This document shows, piece by piece, positions 1 through 12,547 of a stretch of DNA of 64,000 nucleotides. The DNA is from Psammoneis japonica (lineage: Eukaryota). The first letter of the stretch is position 1, and each line of letters begins with the position of its first letter. Below the pieces are notes generated by a model, which saw nothing but the letters and a program-made list of their open reading frames with translations, made no database searches and was not told where the DNA came from. The DNA lies in contig QPGO01000017.1 of the NCBI GenBank assembly GCA_008632985.1, positions 248,001-312,000 on the forward strand, in the 5' to 3' direction. The position numbers were made by a program, and so were the translations under genes.

Positions 1-399
1 CCAAAACCCCCAAACATGCTGACTGACTGAGACTCTTTGTGCAAATTCTGTGCAAGATTTTTCAGCCAGCAGCTGGCTGGAGATGCTCCCCAGAGATTGC
101 TCACCCTTTTCTTTGGCAGCACATCAGCTGGAAGAAGGGAGAGTGTTTCAGCCATTGGCTGGCTCAAATGTCTTTTCTTCATTTTGCTTTTGAGCCATGA
201 ATGTGCTGGCTGTGTTGATGGGAGATTTTCTTTGATGTTCAACAAAGCTCAAAACATTTGTTTTTCTGTGCAAAAAAGGGCATGCGTGTGCCACTTGAGT
301 CTGGAGCAAGTCCTCTGAGAGGGAAAAAGAGCACAGCTTTGTGGGGGGTGGAACACTTCTGCTCATTTGGCCCCAATCTCATTTCACTGAAAACACTGT

Positions 400-1600
400 G
401 AAAGACTGCTTGCCTCTTCCATCTCATCAAAATGGCAACACAGCTGCACTTGAAATGGCCAACAGGTCTGCTTGCCAATCTTGCTGGACTTCCCTGTCTG
501 CTTGTGTTTGTTTTCAAATGCATGGCTTGATGTCACATGTCAAGGTGCAACTCAGATTTCCCCTCAAGATTTGGCACAAGCTGCCACATTGGATCGATGC
601 AAAACAATGCAATGGGTTGTCCAAAGCCAACCATCTGTTGCCCAAATTTGTCATGATTGTCAAAAAAGGCAGCAAAGGCAGGAATGTCTGAATGAGCACA
701 AGCAACAATGGTTGCACAGCTGGCAATGCAGTGAATGCCAAAGTGCTGGTCACCAACCAACACTCTGGCATTGTGGTCTTTTGGCAAAGATTCAAGGTGC
801 TGTGAGAGAGGCTCCAACCTTCATTTTAAGCAAACACACTGGCCCACATGCATGCCTTTGCTTTGGTGCTCATTGCTTTTGGTTGGCCAGCCAAAGACAC
901 AGCAATCTTCAGCACAATGATGCCAATGCCAGCAGCAGCAACAAATGCCTCAAGAGCATCCAAATGGTCAACACATGTTAAAAACACCCAGTGAAATGCT
1001 CCATCCACAACTGCACGCAGTTCATTTGCAGTGCCAGGTGGACAAGAGGAGTGACCATCATTGACAACAAGGTCTTGATGCACAGACTTGAGGACTGAGA
1101 TGTCTCATGCTTTTTTTCATGGCTGAACTTGTGCCAACCATTTCTTGGAGCATCTTTGGTGGCAAGCAACTTGGAGCAGTTCATGAAGAAACGCTCTTGC
1201 AGGAAAAGCTGGCTGGCACATTTCCATCATAGACTCGCTGCTCTGAGATCTGGAACAAGTGAGTGGTTGTGACAGCACCTTCACAAGCTCTGATGTTTCT
1301 TCAGTCAAGTCAACACTTCTCAGTGCAGCAAAAGCATTTCATTGATTTCTTTCATGCCAAAGCAACTCTGAGGCTTGCAGCAAGGAAATCTTGCTCAGCA
1401 CTGGTGCCTCTCCGAGCCTGTCAACAAAAAAGCTGCAAGCTCTTCTCTGTAATTTCATTGCCTCAGCATGATGCACAAACCACCAAGTTGCAGAATTTGT
1501 CACCACTTCCAATCAATGCTAAAATGAGGTCAAAAGAATCCTTGCCCATCACTGCACCTCTCTGGGGAAATAAACCAAGCCTGATTTAAAGTGCCGCCAC
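400..1600 (-). mobile_element. Degenerate 3' fragment of a non-LTR (LINE) ORF2
   Basis: Minus-strand remnants resembling LINE ORF2 C-terminal motifs (SSCPPGTANE Cys knuckle near 1040; QCGSLCQILRGNLS near 560). Heavily frameshifted; borders approximate. Confidence 0.35.
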
Positions 1601-3613
1601 ACCTTTGCCCAGCAACGCTGGTGCTGGCCAACCCCCCCCACACCTCCAGCACACCCTGCAAGGGATGAGGCACCTGAGCCATTGTCTCCCAGGGGAGACG
1701 CCCAATTGAAATGGCTGGAAATGGCGTGTTTGCCATGTGCCAACAACTTCTTTGCTTCCTTCAAACTTTGCTGCAGGTGGGGCCAAACCATGGAAATCCA
1801 GCTCTGGATGCAAGTGGTGGAGAATGTCTGATGTTCTTCTGCCAAATCTGGCAAAACTCCTCAATCTTTGGCCAAGTGCTCTTGTCGCTCATTGCAAATT
1901 GCCATCAATTCATCTTTGGCCATGCGCCCATGAGATGACTTGCAAGAATCTACACTGTGGCCATGCATGAGCTGATTGTGTTTTCTCCTCCCACAATTCC
2001 AGCCATTGCTGCCACACAAACAATCCAATCTGAGCTGTCCAGTCAGGCGGTTGTTTGTTCTCAGCTTGGTGGCATTGACTGAGAATGCCCAAATTGCACA
2101 AACATGAGCATCCTGACCTGGCACCATCCCATGTCTGACTGTGCTTTCCACAGAGCTCTGCATTGGGGATCAACAACATCCTCAGGACAGGCTGTCTTGT
2201 TGTCAAACCAAGATTGCAAGGATTCCAGCAAGAAATCGCAAAGAGTGGGCATTGCGTCAATGTGATCACAGCACTTCTGCAGGCCTTGCAAAAATCTCCA
2301 ATGCCACACTTCCTCACTTGGACAGCAAAGAATTCCAATCCTCCATGGGATGTTTGTGTGTTGGGCAATGAGACGGGGATGCACTGGGTTTTGTGCAGGT
2401 TTGCAATCTTGTCAGTTGGAAGGAGATGGTGGATGAGTTCAACAGTGCCAAGGACTTGTTTGGACTGTCACTTGATGAGCACTGTGTGAGCCTGCCAGTT
2501 GGTCAAGTCCATGACTTCCGGATGCCATTGACTCCATTCCACAATGTGCTCTAGCAACTGGGGAGCAGTGGCAGTGCATCACATTTGCTGCTTGCAACTG
2601 GAAGTCCAAGCACCATCCTTGAGAACCAAGTGAGAATGGCAACAAGGGGACGGAAGCACTTGGGATGTGCAACAGGAGCAGCGACCTTGACATGTGCCAG
2701 CCTGTCAGCTTGGACATTCACCTTTGCATTTGATGGAAGGGGGTGGATTGGGTTGTTCCTGTCTTGGCATCCCTTGACCCATTTCACATTGAGGTGGGGT
2801 GAAAGGACCAACTTGGAATCTCTCATTGATGTGAAAGTGTGAAAAATTTCATTGATGATGTCCCAATCAGAGGCAAGTGCATTTGCTCTGTGGTGCTGTG
2901 TGTAAAAATTGCAAGAGTCATTTGATTTGTCCTCCAGAGAGCCAGAGCGGGAAGGGTGAGAGACAATTGCTTCAGACAACACACCAAAGACTTGTTCTTA
3001 CAGCAAAAGTCCATTTCATGAGCCAACTTGGATTGGCAATATTCCATGAATTGGCAAATGCAGCAGACAATGGAAAGGATTTTCTGCAGGCTTCTGCTTG
3101 GTGCAACAATGGTTCATTCCCAAATGCCAGCCCAGCACCCAGCACAATCCACCAGTGGGACACCTTGGAGTGCAACAGTCTGTCCAAATGTGGAGCCCTC
3201 ATTCACTGACCCATCACTTCCTGCAGAGTGAGCTCTGCAGAAACAAAGCAGTGCATCAAGATGAGGGGGGATGCGCGCAGGTCCAACTCAGCAAATGATG
3301 CTGACCCTCATTGTGGCAATGCCTGCAGCATTTTGAGAAACAATGCTGTGGCTGGCTGGGTTGCAGACAGAGACAGCAAGGTTTGTGGAAGATCAAATTT
3401 CCATCTCTCATTTTCAGTTGTTGACAGTTCAACACAGGGTGAGATTCATCTGATGGAGCAGGAGCTGTCTGTCTCAATCTCACAAATGGAGTCCGTTCTC
3501 TTGCCATTGACCGAGAAAATGTCACGCCCCACAAATCTTCTTGGGTGTGGGTGGTCCTCTGAAGGAGAGACACGTGCTGATGCCTGCACACACATCTGAG
3601 ATGGAGAGACTGG

Positions 3614-4060
3614 TGCAATGTGCAGCTGCTGACAAGAGTCAATGCATCACGGCGACGTGTCACAGGCTTTAAATGTCACAAAGGGCGTGACAAAAATGAC
3701 CTTTTGTCTGCGTGCATGCTGCATTGTGAATTCACAGCAGAGTGGTTCATCGCAACCATCAGGCAGGAGGCCAGGGGTTCAAAACCCTGAGTGGGAGTTG
3801 TCTGCAGCAACATTGATCACTGTCGAACGCACAAAACTCTGTGCAGTTCTGTGTGTTCCTTCGCACGCACCCACACTGTTCTGCCAAAACCATGCAGTGT
3901 CAGCACACGCCAGTGAAGAGCCGCACGGACACGTGATGCATGGGGAGGAGTGCAATGTGCAGCTGCTGATGAGAGCCAGCGCATCACGGCGACGTGTTGC
4001 AGCCTTCAAATGTCACAAAGGGCATGACAAAAACAACCTTTTGTCTGCATGCATGCTGCA
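3614..4060 (+). mobile_element. TRIM (non-autonomous miniature LTR retrotransposon), copy 1, 447 bp
   Basis: 110-bp direct repeats 3614-3723 and 3951-4060 with TGCA...TGCA ends; polypurine tract GGGGAGGAG 3942-3950; 4-bp TSD CTGG (3610-3613 / 4061-4064). Confidence 0.9.
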
Positions 4061-5509
4061 CTGGGGTCCCCTTTTACTTTCATCAGGTCCAGAACAAAGC
4101 CATCTGGCAGAGTTGTGTTGGAGACCAAAAGCACCTGCAAGTGGCGGCAATTTGTCCAATGGATTCTTGGTGAGTGAAGAGCTGAGACTGAACAGCAACA
4201 TCCGCAATGTGCTGGTTGGTTGTCTTGCTGCAGGGGAAGCACACCATCACAAGACAGTTGATCTTTGCCCTGGATTCTGTGTGAAAAAGAGCAAATGGAA
4301 GCAAACCAGCAGGATTGCATGTGAGGAAGCTCTGTGTCCACATCCCAAAAGAAACTCTTGCCTCTTGCCTGTGCCCAAATTCAGTTGAATCTAAGCAACT
4401 GAGACGCGCAACAGTTTGCAATGTTGATCCTTGCCAAGCTGCAAATTTTTCACTCCTTGGGAACATTTCAACAGTTGTTGCAGTTGCGCCATGGCACACC
4501 TTGTTTGACATCCAGGGATCAAAGTCCTCCTCTGCTGAGAGCTTGCGGACAGCTTTGCATTTCTGTTGCACCTGCATTTTGCAAAAACAGCTCACATTGC
4601 CTTCTGTTGGACTGTCTGCAATTCTTCGGCAAGGAAATTCAAGTTGGCCAATGCATGTGTCATGGAGGACAGGCAGCATGCATGGCAATGGTGCCAAGAT
4701 TTGGTCCTGTTGAGAGGACATGATCAAAGAAAAAGTGCTGCAGCATTGCTCTTCTTTTGTGGCTTCTGTGGCTGTGTCTTTTGGGTGTCAATGGGAGCAA
4801 CACAGTGCCCAAGAGCCTTGGAGGAGTGTGCACTGAGAGTTGTTTGCTGGGCTGGGAAGTGGGCCCATGTCTGCAGAAAAGATCTCAACTTCAAGATCAT
4901 CATGATGCAGGCAGATAAATGGCACACCATGTGCAGTGAAGTCCCGTTCAATTGCGTGAAATGAGCACTTTGGTGCTTCAAGTTTGTGCCCAGCAGTGTC
5001 AAGCAAATCGCGCTGGAGTTGGTTGTCTTGTTCAAGAGAGGAAGAGAGATCAAATGCAGCTGGTTGGGGACTTGCTCAGAAATCATCAACTCAATTGGAG
5101 GTGTTGTCAATGCAGCCTCTGTTGCGCACATGGATGAAAGAAAGCATTTGTTGCTCTTGCATCAAAGATGTCAAACAACTGGCTGCACAGCGCACTCCAA
5201 TGCCACAGAGAACTCCCTGTCCTGTGCCACAGAGGGGATGTTCAGAGGAGCATGAGTGACTTTGGTGTGCCAGGCCCAACAGGGCACAAAGCCAGTGCCG
5301 TGCGTGGCGAGGGACAGACATGTCAACTTCTGCCACTTCTGAAACCATGCTGTCACTTTGAGAACACAACCCCCCCACAACAGCCGGGGTGTTGCAATCA
5401 CAGCAAGAGGGGCAATTGTCATCACTTGTGAGCTGAGTTTTGGGTGAAGCCCTGGACATTTCCAACATCAAGTTCTCTGAGAACACGGGAGTTTGAGCAG
5501 ATGAAAAGG

Positions 5510-5956
5510 TGCAGCATGCATGCAGACAAAAGGTTGTTTTTGTCACGCCCTTTGTGACATTCAAAGGCTGCAACACGTCGCCGTGATGCATTGGCTCTTG
5601 TTGGCAGCTGTGTGTTGCACTCCTCCCCATGCGTCACGGGTCCATGCGGCTCTTTGCTGATGTGCACTGACACTGCACGGTTTTGGCGGAACAGTGTGGG
5701 TGCATGCGAAGGAACGTGCAGAACTGCACAGAGTTTTGCACGTTCGACAGTGATCAACGTTGCTGCAGACAACTCCCGCTCAGGGTTTCGAACCCCTGGC
5801 CTCCTGCCTGATGGTTGCGATGAACCACTCCGCTGTGAATTCATGGTGCAGCATGCATGCAGACAAAAGGTTGTTTTTGTCACGCCCTTTGTGACATTTA
5901 AAGGGTGCAACACGTCGCCGTGATGCATTGACTCTCATTGGCAGCTGTGCATTGCA
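5510..5956 (-). mobile_element. TRIM copy 2, 447 bp, opposite orientation
   Basis: Reverse-complement homologue of 3614-4060. LTRs 5510-5619 and 5847-5956; PPT (CTCCTCCCC on +) 5620-5628; own 4-bp TSD AAGG (5506-5509 / 5957-5960). Confidence 0.9.
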
Positions 5957-5958
5957 AA

Positions 5959-8765
5959 GGAACAACATCCACAGATCCCGAGATGCACATTTGGTGATTC
6001 TCCATGTTCTGTGCCAGCTCTCTCCACTTGAGGACACTTGCAACAATGTGAAAATTGGCCTTAAAAATGTGGGTCACCCACAAGCAGTGCATTTTGTCAT
6101 TCCTGGGCTCTTTGAATGTTGTCACATTGACAATGTCCTTCCATCAATCATGCAAACAACCCCACTTCAAAGTGCAGCTCATCAGATTGAGGCAAATTGC
6201 CAACAAGGTCTGTTGCATTTGGCCCAAGAATTCTTTGCTTGATGAAGGATGCCCTTGATCATCTTGATCTTTTATGTGAGGTGCAGGCATGTGCCAGATT
6301 TCAAGGAGGTTGATGTAGATTCAGACCACATCTTGAGTTTGGAAAAAAGAGAGGCTGTCAAAAGGTGACTCTGGACTGCGGGAGGAGTGCATCTGCAGAT
6401 GTTGGGTCAGCAAAGAGGTTGCCTCATTCAACTGACCTGTTTTGCACTCTCCATCAAAAATTGGTTCAGCCATGAATGCATTTCTTTTGCACCCTGGGTC
6501 TGCAGATGGGGGAGGGACAGTCAGTGGAGCACCTTGGGCTTGACCAAAATGATGTTCGTTGTGGGACTGCAAAGCTGCTGCATCATCTTCTGGAGCATCA
6601 TCAATGGCCCAGTTCTGGCATGTCTTGGGATCCTCATGTGGGTGCTCAGGTGCCTGAATGTTCCCAATGCCAGAGTCTTCATGATGGTGCTTGCAAGCAT
6701 TTGTCTTTTGGGAAACTCGCTTGGTTTCTTCTGCACAGCGCAGGTTGTGAAGAACTGTTGCCTTGGCCTTGGAGAGTTTTGCATCTTCCAATTCAAGTTC
6801 AGCAACATGAGAGTCTTGTTTTTTGTCTTGATGTTTTTGACTTTCTTTTGCAACCACTTGGCGGCACTCAGGACATGCCTTGCACAAGCAGCTGTGCATT
6901 CCTGTGTCATCGTGGGAAGCAAAAATGAGTCAGACAATTTGTGCTTAACTCAAAGGATGGAAGGAACCATGTCCATGCAGTTGCAGAACATTGGCGCTGT
7001 CCTGGATAGAACAAAAACTTGTTTTTGGAGATTTGCCAGCTCAACTGACCATTCAGGTTCTTTGCACCTGTGGCACTTCTTTGCTGTGGAAAGAGATGAC
7101 TGGAGCATGTTGTGGTCAAGTCATTCCACCAGTCAGTTGTTCGGAGCATCAGATTGGAGCAGTGCCTCTGATCAAGCAAGGATGTTGCATCCTTCTGCTG
7201 GAGGGCCCACAGCTTCCAGGTGTGTGGCAACATGCTTGCGGGAGTTCGCTTGAAGGTTTCAGAGCTGAAACCTGGGCAAATCTGCCAGGGGGTTCCCAAA
7301 CAAAGCAAGAGCATCAAAGTTCACAAAATGAGCTCTATGATTGGAACAACATCCACAAATCCCAGGGTTGCACATTTGGTGATTCTCCATGTGCTGTGTC
7401 AGCTCTCTCTACTTGATGCTTGCAACAATTTGAAAACTGGCCTGGCAAATGTGGATCACCCACAAGCGGTGCATTTTGTTGTTCCCAGAGGCTCTTTGAA
7501 TGTCATCACATTGATGATGTCCTTCCATTGATCATGCAAACAACCCCACTTCAAAGCGCGTTTCATCAGATTGAGGCACATTGCCAACAAGGTCTGTTGC
7601 ATTTGGTCCAAGACTTCTTTGCATGGCAAAGGATGCCCTTGATTGTCTTGCTCTTTTGTGTGAGAGTGCAGGCATGTGAGAACTTCCAGTGTCCAAGGTG
7701 CAACCCAGACTTCAAGGAGGTTGATGCAGATTCAGACTGCACATTGAGTTTGGAAAGAAGAGGCTGTCAAAAGCTGACTCTGGACCAGGGAAGGAGGAGA
7801 AGGAGTGCATCTGCAGATGTTGGATCAGCAAAGAGGTCACCTTGTTCAACTGACCTGATTTGCAGCACCCTTGTCCATCTGAAATTGGTTCAGCCATGAT
7901 TGCATTTTTCCTTTGCACCCTGGGTCTGCAGATGGGGGAGGGACAGTCAGTGGAGCACCTTGGGCTTGACCAAAATGATGTTTGTTGTGGGACTGCAAAG
8001 CTGCTGCATCATCTTCTGGAGCATCATCAATGGCCCAGTTCTGGCATGTCTTGGGATCCTCATGCGGGTGCTCAGGTGCCTGAATGTTCCCAATGCCAGA
8101 GTCTTCATGGTGCTTGCAAGCATTTGTCTTTCGGAAAACTTGTTTGGCTTCTTCTGCACAGCACAGGTTGTGGAAAACTTTTGCCTTAGCCTTGGAGAGT
8201 TTTGCACCTTCTAATTCAAGTTTGGCAACATGAGAGTCTTGTTTTTTATCTCCATGTTTTTGACTTTCTTTTGCAACTTGGTGGCACTCAGAACGTGCCT
8301 TGCACAAAGCAGTTGTGCACTCCTGTGCCATCGTGGGAAGTAAAAATGAGTCAGACAATTTGTGCTTAACTCAAAGGATGGAAGGAAACATGTCCATGCA
8401 GTTGCAGAACATTGACATCATCCTGGACAGAACAAAAACTTGTTTTTGGAGATTCACCAGTTCAGCCAACCATTCAGGTTCTTTGCACCTGTGGCATTTC
8501 TTTGCTGTAGAAAGAGACAACTGGAGCATGTTGCAGTCAAGTCATTCTGCCAGTTGGTGGTTTGGAGCATCAGATTGGAGCAATGCCTCTGATCAAGCAA
8601 GGATGTTGCATCCTTCTGCTGGAGGGCCCACAGCTTCCAGGGGTGTGGTGACATGCTTGGAGGAACTTGCTTGAAGGTGTCAGAACTGAAACCTGGGTAA
8701 ATCTGCCAGGGGTTTCCTGAACAAAGCAAGAGCATCAAAGTCCACAAAATGAGCTCTGCAATTGG
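5959..8765. repeat. Tandem duplication of ~1.4 kb inside the LINE (copy A ~5959-7345, copy B ~7343-8765)
   Basis: Both copies begin GGAACAACATCCACA.ATCCC and end CACAAAATGAGCTCT..ATTGGA, and share translated blocks such as DSGIGNIQAPEHPHEDPKTCQNW. Confidence 0.9.
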
Positions 8766-11700
8766 AGAGGAGATCCTGCACCCAAAAGCTTTGCACCCAC
8801 AAAGGTCAACAGCAGACAGGGCTCCAGGAGTGGCCAATGCACAGCCCAAGAACCTTCTAGATCCTCAAAAACAGGTGGAAAATTCAAGGTTTTGTGTTGA
8901 CAATGCATGACATCTGACATGTTAAATTGTTGAGCCACCATGGTGATCAAAGAATCAGAATTGTGACAAAAGTTGGCGTCAAAATCACCAAAAAGCATGG
9001 CTTCCTGGTTCTGTTCATCCCCAAAAAGTGCTCCAGAATGTGGGCAAGGTTGTGACAAAAGGCACGTTGTGGGTCAGGATTGGCTTGCCACCCTTGCTGT
9101 TGAAGTGAAGCCACCTGTTGTGCATGAGCAGTGGTTTTTCCTGCTGCCAATGAAGAGCAAGAACATGCACAACAACAAGATGCAAACATCACTTGTCAGC
9201 CGTGTTTTCCACAAAAAATTTGGATTGACCACCTCCCACCTCCCAAGGGGCTCTTTGAGTTGGGGGCAATGCCGTGCTGATGGGGAGTTGCATGACAGCA
9301 AAGATGTGCCACCCAGTTTGCGCAGAGCAGTGGAGGAGTCGTGGAAGACAAGCAAGCAAGTCTGCCATGATGAAGGGCTCATTTTGCTGCAGCAGAGCAA
9401 CTCTGATGGACTTGATGCTGTGTTGTGTCCAAGCATGTCTTGGACAAGCCAACAACATGTTGGCTTGAACTTCTGTTGCTGCTTGGGCACAATCATTGAA
9501 TTCTCTGCTGCACAAGTCAAAGGAGCACTGTTTGCATTAAATGCACACAGGCAAAAATGTGATCTGGATGTTTGGGTTCCATTTGATCTCCAACTGGTTC
9601 ATTGGCAGACAGATCAAAACAATCAATGATGCAAGAGGGGGGAACTTCATCCGGACAACAAATGGGGCCCCTGCTGTGCAGCAGGGTTGGCTGCAGTGGA
9701 AGGGGCTTCACCCCTCATCTTTGAGCTGTGCCACCTCAAAAGGAGACTTGAAAATGGACAAAAGTCTGCATTGTGGAAAAGAGGTGGGTTGGATGACTGG
9801 CCCCTTCTTGGAGAAATTTGCAGCACCAGAGTCATCAAGATCAGCATCATGCATGGTCGTGTTGTTGGGAGGTTTGGTGGTGGAAGACCCAGCAGGAGCA
9901 GAAACAGCAGCTCTCTTGCAGTGAGGCAATGCAGGAGCTGATTGAGCTGCTGGATTGGCAAGTGACTTGTGAATGACAGGCTGAATGGTGGAAACAAGAT
10001 TTGCAATGGATTCTTGTTGCATGAGCTCCAGAGCAGCAATGCGTTTGTCTTGCTCTTGTTGATTCTTGAGCATGAGTTGCTTCAACTCTGCAATTTTGTT
10101 TGTCTCAGAGGTCAGCTCCAACATTGGGGCAGCACCAGGGATTGCTGATCTGGGAGCATTCTGCAGAACTTGGGGACATGTCTGAAATCCACTGTGGACT
10201 CCCACACTCTTGGGAACTGGAGGATCAACAGACTGAGGTTGCTGCCATGGGGGGCTGTGGAGCCAGTTAGAGAAATGTCAGAGACATCCAGGGATGCCCA
10301 GCTTTGGATGCTTGTGCAGGTGATGGACTCAATGGTGTCTGACATGTTGTCATCAGTGCTCAGAATCATGTGACTGGGGTGTCCAACTGAGGGAACAGCA
10401 TCAGCTGGCAAATCATTCACCCAACTTTGAAGGTTGTCCAAAATGTGTTTCTTGGTTTGGCAAAAAAGTCCTTGTGCACAAGAACATTGTGCCTCAAAAC
10501 AGAGACAATGCACTTGGATGGCATGACATCAAAAACACCTGGCACTTGCTTGATTGTGTCCGACATGTGGAAGGAGACATTCTCCATGTGGCGCAACATC
10601 AGAATGACATGGGTCTGGGCAGATGTCTCATGTTGTGCTTGCAAACGGCTTTGTCAAACTCAACCGGTTGAGTGTGCCACCAATGGGGAAAAAATGAGAA
10701 CTAAAGGTTGCTCTTTTGGGACCTCCAGCAAGGCAGTGATCATGTCTTTTGTGCTGTCTTGGGCAGCTTCAATGGCACAGAAGGTTGGTTGCAGTGAATT
10801 GTCCTTGAGACAAGCGGCAGATTGGATGACAAGACAGAAGGGAGCACGTGAACAGCTTCAAGGAGGGGGCATTGCCACAAGTCATTTTTGCACCACATCC
10901 ACCGGGTGATGCTTCAGCAAGCAATCCATGAGGAAAGCAACACGGGAAAGATCAATGGCAGTTTTGTCCCGTTGATGCAAGCAAATGAAAATTCTGTTGT
11001 CCTTGAGAACTTCATTGACAAAGGGGATGTTCTCAATGTCCAACAAGGACAGAGAAGTGCAGATGCGGTGAGCAACAACAGAGGCAACAAGATCCACAAA
11101 TGTGATGGACAACAAAATGTTGCAAATGAGTGAGACCAGAGGTTCACTCAATGATGTTCACATCCAGAATTTCTGATCCACAGTTTGAAACAATCAAAAT
11201 TTTATCCATGAGAGGGTCCTGAGATGCTTTCTGTTGCAGGGTGTGAAGAATCGCAGTGTGACCCATGGCCGGTGTTGTGGAGGTGTTGTCATCAGCAGAG
11301 GCAAGTTCAAAACAATGAGTTGTCTCCTTGAGCACAGAGTGTTGGGTTTTCCTGACCCAGGGCCAGCCTGTGGCAGCAGGGGAGTCATCATGGTGATGGC
11401 TGTTTGGTGCAAAAGACATGCAGAATTCCACCTGGAAACTGCCAATGTGTGCTTGCAAAGAAAAGCACTGCACCTCTCTGGAGATGATCATCTGGCAGAA
11501 AAGAGACATTCTGACACTCAGAAACTGCACAGAACAAGTCTTTCAGAGCCAGCTGCAGCTGGAGTTTAATGTCTTCCCCTGTGCTCATTGCATTTGCCAT
11601 TGTTGTTGTTGTTGTTGTCAACACAATTTTGATTTCTTTTCATGCCCAGCTTCTTCTTCAAATGTCATCAAAGCACAAGTTTCCAGTGTGGCCAACAATG

Positions 11701-12258
11701 TCAGGAGCTCTTGAAGCTCAAACTCTGTGCTCACACTTGGCTCTTCCCACCAAGCTTTCTACAACAACCTTGAGCTTGATTGGACTTTTTGAACAATGTC
11801 AATGACGCAGTCTTGGATGGCCTCTAAAGTCTCTAAACAACTCAAGTCTCATGTGTGCTTGGTGAACACCCTGGCAGGAAGGAGCCACCTGTGCTGCAGC
11901 TTGACACAATGGCAGCATGAAGCAACATGGATTTCCAACACAATGCCAGACCTCATGACAAGCTCAATTTTTGCTGCTGGCTGCTTGGTTGTGCTTGGAG
12001 TCAAAGCACAAGTGCACTTGTTTGAGCTCACAAGATCAAGCAAAGAGAGTGGTGCACCCCTGGAATGAGAGTCTCTGCTCCTGGGTTTGGCAAAGGCAAA
12101 CAAGCTTTTCATTTTCAAGAGTCACGCAAAATCAAATTTGTGGATCAACCCTCCAATTGATGATCCATTCTGCTTGTGACTCATTTTTGGATGAGCCCTT
12201 TGACCAGTTTGAAATGTCTCATCCCACAGCCTGTTAAACAAATGACATCATTCTCCAA

Positions 12259-12547
12259 TTGAAAACTGGCAGATGCACAGTCATGAAGACATTGCAGACA
12301 TGAAGCCAATTCCTCATCAATTGATGCAATCAACTCCAATTTAAAGAGACTGCAAAATGTTCAGAGTCCCTCTGTTGAGTCATGCTGAAAGTCATCTGTT
12401 CAATGCTCAACACCAATGGAGAACCACTTCACTGCATGCTCACAATTTGTGAACTCACTTCACTGTGACAACTGAAGTCTCCATCAGCCCCAACACTCTG
12501 GTGAATGTTGTCAGCTCTGGTTCTGACACTTGGCAGTCAGGTGTTTT
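12259..12547 (+). repeat. Copia 5' LTR (hypermutated)
   Basis: Aligns with 24058-24300 (GAAAACTG..AGATG.ACAGTCATGA; CTCAACACCAATGGAGAACCAC; GCTCACAATTTGTGAA.TCACTTCACTGT); carries an extra internal segment of ~55 bp; lies just upstream of gag. Confidence 0.7.

Larger units (their letters stand above)
1800..11600 (-). mobile_element. Degenerate long non-LTR retrotransposon (ORF1 + APE endonuclease-RT-RNase H ORF2; possibly Ambal-like)
   Basis: Ordered minus-strand remnants: ORF1-like region (9.6-11.6 kb); endonuclease LFGDFDANF (~8980); NxHHFGQAQGAPLTVPP (6.5 and 7.9 kb); RT HPLCGTGQG (~5225, from YGTGQG); RNase H WVKGCQD..NVQADRLA (~2750); C-terminal LWQQWLELWEE (~2000). Many stops and frameshifts; ends approximate; clade assignment is inference. 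Confidence 0.75.

Noticed and set aside
3614..5956. 447-bp inverted repeats as the TIRs of one composite DNA transposon
   Set aside because: Each copy has its own LTR pair, PPT and distinct TSD (CTGG, AAGG), and the LINE reads through in one orientation: two independent TRIM insertions.
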